25,832 bases of DNA from a bacterium (lineage in GTDB: Bacteria; Cyanobacteriota; Vampirovibrionia; Gastranaerophilales; Gastranaerophilaceae): the NCBI GenBank assembly GCA_050874405.1, contig JBNMKP010000001.1:1-25832 (forward strand). The letters are read 5' to 3'. Each line of letters opens with the position of its first letter. Within the stretch, counting starts at the first letter, position 1. The position numbers and the translations under genes were made by a program. Shown here one piece after another: positions 8,064-17,342 of this stretch. The notes under the pieces are model-generated. The model saw nothing but the letters and a program-made list of their open reading frames with translations. It was not told the DNA's origin and ran no database searches.

Positions 8064-8097
8064 ATTTAAAATCTATTCCTCATTCGTGTTCTTTTTT

Positions 8098-8126
8098 ATT
8101 ATAACATATTTACTTCCATTCCTCAA
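8098..8126 (-). promoter_or_regulatory. Promoter of pilin 7359-8063
   Basis: Minus strand TTGAGG-17 nt-TATAAT with extended -10 TG. Confidence 0.65.
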
Positions 8127-8212
8127 TATATTGAAATATTTTGTTAAATAGTGGCAAATTTTAATATTTACGGTTTTTAGTGAAGTTGCTAACAAATTAG
8201 GAGCGAAAATTT

Positions 8213-8722
8213 ATGTCAATGAATACCCCATCAAATTCTCCATCAATGGCTGCCGGAACTGTTTTAGGCTTGGTTGGAATGAATGCATATTTTTTACCTG
8301 TAACAAAGGAAAGATATATCAAAAGTGCTTTTGCAGTTCATAGAAATATTACAAATTCCAATATTTCAAAGCTAGATGAGGCGGCTATTTCGTTAGCTAA
8401 GAAAAGATTGAAAACTGAGCAAAAATTATTTTTGTCACAAATGAGTGTTCCTGAAGATATGAATGCTATCAAAGTTAAAATTAAACAATTGATACATTCT
8501 ATAACAGATCCGCTTGAGGTTAAAAATACAAAACAACTTTTTGCAACAACTTTTAAAAATGTCAAAAAATCAGAAGCCTTGAGGGATAATGTTTCTTCTC
8601 GAGCATTCAAAAGAGTTCGTTGGACAAATTTAGGTTGGGGTGTTTTTATCGGATTTGTTTTAGGAAATGTTCTTGGCGCTGCTGTTCCATCAGCTCCAAA
8701 GGTTCCACCACAACAAATGTAG
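8213..8722 (+). CDS. Hypothetical membrane protein (hydrophobic segments near both ends)
   Basis: 169 aa, AGGAG SD, hydrophobic AAGTVLGLVGMNAYFL and LGWGVFIGFVLGNVLGAAV; no recognised family. Confidence 0.75.
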   Translation: MSMNTPSNSPSMAAGTVLGLVGMNAYFLPVTKERYIKSAFAVHRNITNSNISKLDEAAISLAKKRLKTEQKLFLSQMSVPEDMNAIKVKIKQLIHSITDPLEVKNTKQLFATTFKNVKKSEALRDNVSSRAFKRVRWTNLGWGVFIGFVLGNVLGAAVPSAPKVPPQQM

Positions 8723-8789
8723 ATTGTTCTAAAAAGGTAGTTTTGCAAAAATCTTTTTAAAAGAGTCCTTTATTTCTGTTTGTGTTATC

Positions 8790-10130
8790 ATGACATCAGA
8801 TATGTGTGAAAAAGGAATTAAATATTACATTAAAGAGCTTTTAACAATAGCCGCCCCGATTATCATGGGAAACTTAGGTTTCATTTTGATTGGTGTTGGT
8901 GACGTTGTTGTTGCCGGAAGACATTCCACAGATACTTTTGCAGCGATTAGTATTGCAACAGCTATATTGAATTGCATTTTGACTTTCGGAATTGGTTTGA
9001 TTTCAAGTATTTCACCCCTACTTTCAAATTATAGAGGTGAGAAAAAATCTGTAAAAAAATATTTTTACCCATCAATCCGATTTGCAATGCTTCTTGCTAT
9101 AATTACGTCTTTGGCAATCGTAGCTTTTATTCCAGTAATTCCGAAAATGGGTTTTGAACAAAAATTAATTCACCCAATTCAAGATTATATGTTGATTACC
9201 GCATTGAGTACATTTGGGGTATATTTGCATGCTTGTTTAAAAGAATTTTTACAAGCTTTTGAAATTGTTGTATTTCCTAATATTGTTACAATGTTTTGTG
9301 TATTTTTGAATGTTGTTTTGAATGTGATTTTGGTATTCGGATTTGGTCCAATCCCATCATTGGGTGTGATAGGGCTTGCGATTGCAAGTTTACTTGTTCG
9401 ATATTTTATGGGCTTTGCTCTTCTAATTTATTGTTTTATAAATATGTCTTTCAGAAATTATCACGAGAAAGCTTATTATCATAATATGGTTAAAATTGGA
9501 ATGCCAATTTCATTAGCTGTATTGGTTGAATTTGTTGCTTTCAACAGTATTGCAATTCTTATGGGTAGGGTTTCTGGTGTGTATGCTGCTGCTCAGAATT
9601 TGGTTTGTACTTTGACTACAATTTCATTTATGGTTCCGTTTGCGATTTCAAATGCAATTGCTGTTAAGGTCGGATTTGCAAATGGTTCTCATAATTCGAC
9701 AGATTTGAAGAGATATTCATTGGTTGGAACGGTTATGTCTGTTGGTTTTATGATGTGTAGTGCAATTGTATTTTCATCATTCCCAAGACAAATCGTAAGT
9801 ATTTTTACTGTTGATAAAAATTTATTCAATATTGCAATTCCGATTATGTATATTCTTGGAATCTTCCAAGTTTTTGACGGTTTGCAAGTTGCACTATCAG
9901 GAATTTGTAAAGGGATAAGACAAACTGGAATTGTTTTGTTTGCTAATTTTGTTGCGTATTGGTGCGTGTCAATACCATTAGGTTGTTTTTTAGCATTCCA
10001 TTGTAAATTTAATTTAAAAGGTTTTTGGTTAGGATTGGTTTCTGCCGCAATTTTGCTTTGCTCAATAATGCTTTATAAATTGAAAAAATATTATGATTCT
10101 GAATACAAAAAACAAGAACCTGCTTGTTAG
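8790..10130 (+). CDS. MATE family efflux transporter (NorM-like)
   Basis: About 12 hydrophobic segments, APIIMGNL, VGDVVVAGRHS, GMPISLAVLVEFVAF, VFDGLQVALSGICKG. The start could be ATG 8802. Confidence 0.93.
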   Translation: MTSDMCEKGIKYYIKELLTIAAPIIMGNLGFILIGVGDVVVAGRHSTDTFAAISIATAILNCILTFGIGLISSISPLLSNYRGEKKSVKKYFYPSIRFAMLLAIITSLAIVAFIPVIPKMGFEQKLIHPIQDYMLITALSTFGVYLHACLKEFLQAFEIVVFPNIVTMFCVFLNVVLNVILVFGFGPIPSLGVIGLAIASLLVRYFMGFALLIYCFINMSFRNYHEKAYYHNMVKIGMPISLAVLVEFVAFNSIAILMGRVSGVYAAAQNLVCTLTTISFMVPFAISNAIAVKVGFANGSHNSTDLKRYSLVGTVMSVGFMMCSAIVFSSFPRQIVSIFTVDKNLFNIAIPIMYILGIFQVFDGLQVALSGICKGIRQTGIVLFANFVAYWCVSIPLGCFLAFHCKFNLKGFWLGLVSAAILLCSIMLYKLKKYYDSEYKKQEPAC

Positions 10131-10143
10131 TTCTTGTTCTTTT
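10111..10143. terminator. Possible terminator overlapping the MATE stop
   Basis: AACAAGAAC...GTTCTTGTT 9-bp AT-rich stem, A-run before and CTTTT after; weak. Confidence 0.45.
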
Positions 10144-10173
10144 GGGGGGGTAATCTTTTTTTTTATTTTATTC

Positions 10174-10308
10174 TTATATTGCAAAGAATAAAAGTGCAAA
10201 CATACAACCTAATGAAGCAGCACTGAATAAAAACCAAGTGTGCATTACTGGGTGTTGATAAGACCAAATTTCTTTAATTGTGCTTGTTGCATTGTTGATT
10301 GCTTGCAT
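10174..10308 (-). CDS. Small membrane protein, 44 aa (not in the supplied ORF track)
   Basis: MQAINNATSTIKEIWSYQHPVMHTWFLFSAASLGCMFALLFFAI*; GGAGAG SD upstream; C-terminal hydrophobic helix. Confidence 0.6.
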   Translation of the reverse strand: MQAINNATSTIKEIWSYQHPVMHTWFLFSAASLGCMFALLFFAI

Positions 10309-10386
10309 AAAACTCTCTCTCCAAATAAACTGTTTTCTATATATTCTATTTTCTACATTTATCGAAAAACAACATCACCTATTCGG

Positions 10387-10415
10387 TTGATTATTAATTT
10401 AGTTTAGCCTATTAT
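10387..10415 (+). promoter_or_regulatory. Sigma70 promoter directly ahead of the U32 gene
   Basis: TTGATT-17 nt-TATTAT, 6 nt before ATG 10422. Confidence 0.65.
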
Positions 10416-10421
10416 TGAATT

Positions 10422-11696
10422 ATGCGAAAAGTTGAATTATTGATGCTGGCTGGCAATTTGGAAAAATTAGAATATGCAGTAAGATATGGAGCAGATGCGG
10501 TTTACCTAGGTGTGGTAGATTTTAGTTTGCGCGCAATGAGAAAAGGCGAAATTATCACTCTTGAAAATCTTAAAAGAGCTGTAGATTTGGCTCATTCTTT
10601 GGGAGCAAAAGCTTATTTAACATTGAATATCTTTGCATTTAATGAGGATATTAAACATTTGGAATCTTGCATGGATATAATTAAAGATGCAAATCCAGAT
10701 GCTATATTGGTTAGTGATTTCGGAATATTAAGATTAGTTAAGAAATATATGCCGGAAACAGAGCTTCATATTAGTACTCAGACAAATATTTTGAATTATG
10801 AATGTGTTAAGTTTTGGCAAGATATGGGCGCTAAAAGAGTCGTTTTAGCTCGAGAGCTTTCAATTCCTGAAATTGCTGAAATAAAAAAACAAGTTCCGGA
10901 TATGGAAGTTGAATGTTTTATTCATGGTTCTCAATGTGTTTCATTCTCCGGAAGATGTTTGTTGAGTGATTATTTTACAAATGGTGAGAGAAAAGCAAAT
11001 CACGGTAACTGTTCTCAACCATGCCGTTGGAGCTACAAACTTGTTGAGGAAACTCGCCCAGGGCAATATTATGAAATTAATCAAGATGACAGGGGTTCAC
11101 ATATTTTAAGTCCTAAAGATTTATGCTTGGTTGAGCATTTGAAAGAAATGATTGATGCAGGTGTTGATTCGTTCAAGGTTGAAGGGCGTACAAAGAGCTT
11201 GTATTATGTTTCAGCAGTTGCGAAAACATATAGAAATGCAATTGATGAAATTGTACAAAATCCAAATGCTGATTTATCAAAATACTTTATTGAATTGAAA
11301 AAGGTTGGTAATCGTGGATATACAACAGGTTTCGCACTAGGTGAAAATAAACCGGATAGTTACAGTTATGATATCTCAAAAGGTTTAGCCGGTGCCGATT
11401 TCTTGTTTGAATTCCATGACAAGAAAAAATACTCTGATGTTGATACTACTTCAAATCGTGATGATGATTTGTATCTTGTCAAAATCAAAAATAAAATTCT
11501 TTTAGGTGATGAAGTTGAAATAATTACTCCAAAAGAACAATTTATTGCAAAAGTTGAAGAGATTTTGAATGAAAAAGGTGATAATTTAGATGTCGCAAAT
11601 ACAAATTCTGATGTGTATTTGAAATTATCTCAAAATCCACAAGAATATAAAGTTGCATTAGCAAGAACAATTGGAGTAAAAGAGCATGTTTCTTAA
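10422..11696 (+). CDS. Peptidase U32 family protein (TrhP-like Fe-S tRNA hydroxylase candidate)
   Basis: GADAVYLG, HISTQTN, LARELS, four Cys in HGSQCVSFSGRC..NCSQPCR, SFKVEGR, NRGYTTGF. Confidence 0.92.
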   Translation: MRKVELLMLAGNLEKLEYAVRYGADAVYLGVVDFSLRAMRKGEIITLENLKRAVDLAHSLGAKAYLTLNIFAFNEDIKHLESCMDIIKDANPDAILVSDFGILRLVKKYMPETELHISTQTNILNYECVKFWQDMGAKRVVLARELSIPEIAEIKKQVPDMEVECFIHGSQCVSFSGRCLLSDYFTNGERKANHGNCSQPCRWSYKLVEETRPGQYYEINQDDRGSHILSPKDLCLVEHLKEMIDAGVDSFKVEGRTKSLYYVSAVAKTYRNAIDEIVQNPNADLSKYFIELKKVGNRGYTTGFALGENKPDSYSYDISKGLAGADFLFEFHDKKKYSDVDTTSNRDDDLYLVKIKNKILLGDEVEIITPKEQFIAKVEEILNEKGDNLDVANTNSDVYLKLSQNPQEYKVALARTIGVKEHVS

Positions 11697-12165
11697 ACCT
11701 GACTATAATTTGAAAAGTATATATGATATCAATTTAGATGAGCTTCAAAAGATTGGAGTTAAAGCCGTGTTATTAGACTTAGATAGTACAATTATGGCAT
11801 CTAAATCCGCATGTTATACTGACGAAACTTATAGTTGGTTAATGAATGTTCAAGATAAATTTTTCATGGCTGTAGTTTCAAACAATCACAATCAATCTTA
11901 TATTGAAAAGGTTAAGGCAATATCACCATTTCCAATGCTATTTGGAGCATGCAAACCTAAAACAGGTCCTGTTCGTCAGTTTTTGGCAGAGCATAATATT
12001 GAACCTAAAGATTGTGTTTTGGTTGGAGATAGACCATTAACAGATATTTTATGTGGAAAATTGTTAGGTTGTAAAACAATTTTAGTTGATTCAATTACTG
12101 CAAGCACTGAATCAAAAATTGTAAGATTCGTACGAATGTTGGAGAGAATGACTATTCGTCATTAG
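11686..12165 (+). CDS. YqeG-family HAD IIIA phosphatase
   Basis: KPDY start, LDLDSTI, VSNN, KP, VGDRPLTDILCG; overlaps the U32 stop by 11 nt. Confidence 0.9.
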   Translation: MFLKPDYNLKSIYDINLDELQKIGVKAVLLDLDSTIMASKSACYTDETYSWLMNVQDKFFMAVVSNNHNQSYIEKVKAISPFPMLFGACKPKTGPVRQFLAEHNIEPKDCVLVGDRPLTDILCGKLLGCKTILVDSITASTESKIVRFVRMLERMTIRH

Positions 12166-12420
12166 TTTGAAGTACATCTAAAGATTGAACTTTTTTGCGA
12201 TTTTTTCAACTGTTACAAAATATAAACTGTCAAAAATACCATTATTACTATGATTTTGGCTATTTTATTCTTATAACTTGCCCTATATTTAGTTTTTTGC
12301 CTTAATCTGGACATTATGATATTATTGTATTGATAAGTATCTTTTATTAGTGAAATACTCTAAATAATTGATACATTTAAAGAAGAGCTTTAATATAATG
12401 TAGTTATAATAACTTATTAG

Positions 12421-13215
12421 ATGGGTGGGAATAACGTGAACACAAATTATTACAGGAATGATAGTTGGGTAGATAACACATTCAGCAAACGAGGAAAGTT
12501 TGTTTTGACACTGTTAGCTGTTGTTTTTTCTGTTGGTATAATCGCAGGAGGTTGTGGCTTTTTGCAAAATTTAGGCGGAAATAAACAAGAGGAAGTACCT
12601 GTAGCAGATACAAATCCGGCGCCAAGAGAAGCCGTTGAGGTTCCGAGTGAAAATAGCGTAGATTTAGATGTTGAATCTGAACAAGCAAGTAACATGGTGT
12701 CTTATGATGTAACTTCAATTGGTCGTTCTGATCCGTTTATGCCATCTGGCGAAATTGCTGCATTTGAAAATGCAAAAAGATCTGCAATTGCAGAAGCTAA
12801 TGCTCATAATGCAGAAATCGCTAGAATTAAAAGTTTAAAAGGTAAAGCTATTCGTGAAGCTGATGATATCAGTCCGTACAGTTTCAATTTGCCTGTTCCT
12901 CCTACTTCTTTAGCAAGTTCTACAGCTGCGGCAGCAAAAATTACAAGAACAAAAGTTGTAGGTATTATGTATAACAGAAATAATCCGTCTGCGATTATTA
13001 ATGTTGATGATAAAGATTATTTAGTTCGTCAAGGTGATAAAATCATCGGACAAGAATATAAAGTTATTCAAATCAATCCAAACTGGATTACCGTTAGCTT
13101 AGGTTCTAACGTTTATTCAGCAGGGATTGGTGAAATGTTCTCTAGGGAAGAGTTTAGTAAAACTCAAAACGATTTGTACAACTTAAAGAACAGATTTGGT
13201 GGTAGAAAAGGTTAA
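12421..13215 (+). CDS. PilP/GspC-like pilus assembly protein
   Basis: Single N-terminal TM, RSDPF motif, C-terminal VVGIMY...SAIINV...YLVRQGDKI beta domain; directly upstream of the secretin. GTG 12436 is an alternative start. Confidence 0.65.
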   Translation: MGGNNVNTNYYRNDSWVDNTFSKRGKFVLTLLAVVFSVGIIAGGCGFLQNLGGNKQEEVPVADTNPAPREAVEVPSENSVDLDVESEQASNMVSYDVTSIGRSDPFMPSGEIAAFENAKRSAIAEANAHNAEIARIKSLKGKAIREADDISPYSFNLPVPPTSLASSTAAAAKITRTKVVGIMYNRNNPSAIINVDDKDYLVRQGDKIIGQEYKVIQINPNWITVSLGSNVYSAGIGEMFSREEFSKTQNDLYNLKNRFGGRKG

Positions 13216-13243
13216 TTAATAAAAGAAATAAGCAGGAGCAAAT

Positions 13244-15217
13244 ATGAAGACTAAGATTAGAGAAAAAATTATTGCAAGTGTTATGTTAGGAGCTTTTGTT
13301 CTAACTAATACTATGACCGGTGCGTTTGCAATGAGCGATGTATATGGTGGATATGCCGGAGGGGCAAGCAGACCAATGTTACGTTCTGGAGATGCGACTT
13401 CGCTAGATATTCGTTCAAGTGTACAAATTCCTAACGGGAATTCTGTTGTAAATTTGAGCTTGCGTGATGCTGATATTAAACAAGTTTTGAGAATGTTTGC
13501 AGACCAAGCAGGAATGAATATTATTTTCTCTTCTTCTGTAGATGGAACTGTAACAATGGATTTGGTTGATATTCCTTTAGAAGAAGCTTTGAATTTAGTT
13601 ATTAAAACAAATGGCTTGTTCTATGATATTCAAGCAAATACCTTGGTTGTATCAAACAAAGATGAAGCAATGTCTGTTGCTTCAAAAGGCATGACTCTAA
13701 TTCCTGTAAAATATGTTAATGCAGCTGCTCTTGCAAAATTTTTAAATACAAATATATTTACTAAAAACGGTATAAATCCAGGAGTTTCAACTCAACCTGT
13801 TGTAACAATCAACCCTGCTACAAACGAATTGATTGTTATGGGTACAACAAATGATGTTGAAATGGCAAAAAGAATGGTTGCACAATTTGATGTTAAACCA
13901 ACTATTACAACTTTCAAAGTTAACCATACAACTCCAATGGAAATGGCAAGCATGATTTGTGATTCTTTCTTGCCTTCAACAATTTCTGATGGTAATGAAG
14001 GTGGATCTTCAGGTGGCGGAAGTAGTAGTGCTTCTGGTGCTACAGGTTTTGCTGCAGGTGTTGTAACTGGCTTTGCGTCAGATGATAGTTCAGATTCTGG
14101 AGATAGCTCTGACAGTTCTTCTGACAGCGGTTCTTCTGGTGGTGGAGGAACAGGTGGTTCTATTTCTGTAGGTGGCGGTAAGATGTTATGTTCTGCTGCT
14201 TCATCTGCTTCAGCTTCTGGTTATGAAGGCTTACCATTCAAAAACTTGTCTGTTTCTTACTTCCCAACATTGGGTACAATTCAAGTTATCGGTGGTACTC
14301 CAACTCAAATCGATATGATTAGAGATTATATCGCTGCTAATGATAAGAAAACTCCGCAAGCATATTTGGAAGTTCAAATTATTTCATTATCAGAATCAGG
14401 TAGTAAAACATTTGATAATACATGGCAATTCTTGAGTAAGAACTTCTCATTCAATGCCGGTGGTGGTAATGGTTTTGCAACAAATTCTGAACACCCAATA
14501 TTCTTCGCGGGTAGAGGTTTTGAAACAACATCATCATCTTCATCATCATCTTCTTCTGATAGTAGTAGCGGTTCTTCAAGTAACAGTACTATTTCATTTA
14601 GCAAATGGAGTCAATCTCCACAATTGGTATATGCTGTTAAATACTTAGTAAGCAATAGCAAAGGTAGAGTTTTAGCTAATCCGAGAGTTCTACTTACAAG
14701 TGGTCAAAACTCAGTTATCGACTTGACATCTGATTATGTATCTAAAGTAACTTCTGAATACTTGGATAACTCTTCAGGATCTGGTTCAGCTCAAGTTCAA
14801 AAAACTTATGATATTGCAAATGATAATGGTATCAAAGTTTCAATCACACCATTTATCAGTCCAGATGGTTACGTAACTTTAGATATCACTCCAAATTACG
14901 CAACTATTAAAGAACAATTATATACGAAGTCTGAAACTGGTGACGATGACTTGGCTGCTACACTTTTACAAAGAAGAAACTTAACTCTTAAAGGTGTTCG
15001 TATCAAAGACGGTGAAACTCTTGTAATTGGTGGTATGATTCAAGAATCTGAAACTAAAAACGTAAGCAAAATCCCATTCTTAGGTGATTTACCTCTTGTT
15101 GGTATGTTCTTTAGAAGTACAACTACAGCTAAAGCTAAGGAAGAGATGGTTATTATGTTAACTCCTCAGATTGTAGTTGATACAGAAGATGCTGTTGGAA
15201 ACGACACGACTTTATAG
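13244..15217 (+). CDS. pilQ: Secretin (PilQ/GspD family)
   Basis: Signal peptide, STN-like domain (LSLRDADIKQVLRMFA), N3-type repeats, LANPRVL, IKDGETLVIGGMI, KIPFLGDLPLVGMFFRS. Confidence 0.9.
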   Translation: MKTKIREKIIASVMLGAFVLTNTMTGAFAMSDVYGGYAGGASRPMLRSGDATSLDIRSSVQIPNGNSVVNLSLRDADIKQVLRMFADQAGMNIIFSSSVDGTVTMDLVDIPLEEALNLVIKTNGLFYDIQANTLVVSNKDEAMSVASKGMTLIPVKYVNAAALAKFLNTNIFTKNGINPGVSTQPVVTINPATNELIVMGTTNDVEMAKRMVAQFDVKPTITTFKVNHTTPMEMASMICDSFLPSTISDGNEGGSSGGGSSSASGATGFAAGVVTGFASDDSSDSGDSSDSSSDSGSSGGGGTGGSISVGGGKMLCSAASSASASGYEGLPFKNLSVSYFPTLGTIQVIGGTPTQIDMIRDYIAANDKKTPQAYLEVQIISLSESGSKTFDNTWQFLSKNFSFNAGGGNGFATNSEHPIFFAGRGFETTSSSSSSSSSDSSSGSSSNSTISFSKWSQSPQLVYAVKYLVSNSKGRVLANPRVLLTSGQNSVIDLTSDYVSKVTSEYLDNSSGSGSAQVQKTYDIANDNGIKVSITPFISPDGYVTLDITPNYATIKEQLYTKSETGDDDLAATLLQRRNLTLKGVRIKDGETLVIGGMIQESETKNVSKIPFLGDLPLVGMFFRSTTTAKAKEEMVIMLTPQIVVDTEDAVGNDTTL

Positions 15218-15271
15218 TCAAAATTAACAATTATTCGTTATATTCAAGAAGAGAAAAGTATTACATTATAA

Positions 15272-17335
15272 ATGAACGCACTAATATTAAGACTAAAAAA
15301 CAGCATAGATAAAAAAATACTAGATAGTATTGATAAAAGTCTAATGGGACAACACCAGTTTGTCCCAATTAGTGTGAAAGATAATTTTCTTTTCGTTGCG
15401 GTTTCCAAAGTTTCAAACAAAGATGAAATTAATACAATACTAAAGAAAACTTTTGATAAATCAATCAAGTTTATGCTGGTAGGTGAAGATGATTTGAAAG
15501 AACTTTTGACATCTTTATCAATTCCAAGTGGGGTAGCGCAGACTTCTGTTGCCGCTTCCAATCCGACAACTCCACAATCTCAAACACAAGTAAAACCTCA
15601 TTTGCCAAAAGGAAATGGTTCAAAACTGGGTGAGATGCTTCTTGCAAAAGGTGTTTTATCAGAAGTTCAATTGATGAAAGCATTATCTGAATCTAAACGT
15701 AAAGGTGTTCCTATTGGTTCAATGTTGTTTGAGATGGGTGTTATCACTCTTGACCAATTGAAAGAAGTTTTGCACACTCAAACAGGTTATGATTTAGTTT
15801 CAGCAGATCAATTAGTTAATCAGAAGAAGTTTGTTAACATTTTGCCGGAAGATTTTATCAAGGCAAATTCTGTTATTCCGATTTCATCTGATGGTAAAAC
15901 TCTTATAATTGGTGTTGTTAAACCTATTTCACAAGATGTTTTAAAACAAATTATTTATTTAACAGGTCAAAATCCAAAACAATTGTTGATGACTCACTAT
16001 GAGTATCAAACAGCAATAAATACCTTCTTCTCAGAACAGAAAAAGCAAACGGAAGAGATTATTGACCAAATTAAACAAGAAACCTTGGAAGATGATGAAG
16101 AAGCAACTCTATGGGAACAAGTAGATGCTGAATTGCAAGACTCTACAGGTTCTGTTGCTAAATTCGTTAACCAAATTATTACAAACGCAATTGATAATAA
16201 GGTTTCCGATATTCACATTGAGCCAAGATTATCAGGCTATATTGTAAGATACAGAAAAGATGGTATGTTGCAAAAAGTTCTTGATGTTCCTGCAAAAGTT
16301 GAAACATCAGTAATTGCTCGTTTCAAAGTTATGTCAAGAATGAACATCGCGGAACAAAGACGTCCTCAAGATGGTACGTTCTCAATTTCTTACAACAATT
16401 GTTCATACGATTTCCGTATCAATACATTACCTGTTTCAGGTAAAGAAAAGGTTTGTATCCGTGTACTAGCTCCGGCTGTAAGTTTGAAATCTGGCGATAA
16501 AGAAATCAGCTTGGTTGGTGCAAATGAACACGATATTGCAAAAGTTAAACAGATGGTATCTTGTCCGAACGGTATCATTCTTACCTCAGGTCCTACCGGT
16601 TCCGGTAAAACAACTACATTGTATTCTGTATTGAAAAGTTTGAATGATGAAACCGTTAACATCACAACGATTGAGGATCCGATAGAAATTAAACTTGAGG
16701 GTGTTAACCAATCTCAAATCAATGCAAAAGCGGGTATTACATTTGCGTCTTGTATGAGAGCTATCTTACGTCAAGACCCTGATATTATTCTAGTTGGTGA
16801 AATTCGTGACTATGAAACATTAGAAATCGCAATTTCTGCAGCATTGACAGGTCACTTGGTATTAAGTACTGTCCACACAAATTCTGCTGCAGCCACTGTT
16901 ACTCGTTTGATTGAAATGGGTGCGAAAGATTACTTGGTATCATCAACTTTATCTGGTGTAATTGCTCAACGTTTGGTAAGACGTTTATGTGATGATTGTA
17001 AGGAAGAATATCATTGCACTAGAGAAGAAGCAATGATGGTTACATTGAACGAAGACGAAATTAAAAAGATTATGGAAACTCCGATTTACAGGGCAAAAGG
17101 TTGTAACAAATGTGGTTTCCAAGGTTATAAAGGTCGTTTAGGTGTATATGAAATTATGCAAATCACCAAAGATATTAAAAGACTTATTGCTCAAGGTGCT
17201 CATGACCTTGAAATTGAAGAAAGTGCTGTTGCAAACGGTATGACAACATTACACAAGTCATGCTACCAACACATTTTAGCAGGTAAAACAACTATTGATG
17301 AATTTGTCAGAGTCTTAGGTATGGCAGGCGAATAG
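15272..17335 (+). CDS. pilB: Type IV pilus assembly ATPase (PilB/GspE)
   Basis: SDIHIEP, RRPQDG, Walker A GPTGSGKTTT, TIEDPIE, LRQDPDIILVGEIRD, tetracysteine RRLCDDC..GCNKC, GYKGR. Confidence 0.93.
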   Translation: MNALILRLKNSIDKKILDSIDKSLMGQHQFVPISVKDNFLFVAVSKVSNKDEINTILKKTFDKSIKFMLVGEDDLKELLTSLSIPSGVAQTSVAASNPTTPQSQTQVKPHLPKGNGSKLGEMLLAKGVLSEVQLMKALSESKRKGVPIGSMLFEMGVITLDQLKEVLHTQTGYDLVSADQLVNQKKFVNILPEDFIKANSVIPISSDGKTLIIGVVKPISQDVLKQIIYLTGQNPKQLLMTHYEYQTAINTFFSEQKKQTEEIIDQIKQETLEDDEEATLWEQVDAELQDSTGSVAKFVNQIITNAIDNKVSDIHIEPRLSGYIVRYRKDGMLQKVLDVPAKVETSVIARFKVMSRMNIAEQRRPQDGTFSISYNNCSYDFRINTLPVSGKEKVCIRVLAPAVSLKSGDKEISLVGANEHDIAKVKQMVSCPNGIILTSGPTGSGKTTTLYSVLKSLNDETVNITTIEDPIEIKLEGVNQSQINAKAGITFASCMRAILRQDPDIILVGEIRDYETLEIAISAALTGHLVLSTVHTNSAAATVTRLIEMGAKDYLVSSTLSGVIAQRLVRRLCDDCKEEYHCTREEAMMVTLNEDEIKKIMETPIYRAKGCNKCGFQGYKGRLGVYEIMQITKDIKRLIAQGAHDLEIEESAVANGMTTLHKSCYQHILAGKTTIDEFVRVLGMAGE

Positions 17336-17342
17336 GGGAATT

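Noticed and set aside
10144-10164. G7 tract followed by a T-run
   Set aside because: It lies between convergent gene ends, not in a promoter or ORF, so no switchable function is evident.
15281-15343. Cluster of four CTA Leu codons at the start of pilB, suggesting a later start or special regulation
   Set aside because: Rare codons at 5' ends are common, and the domain-like segment needs residues upstream of Met25.
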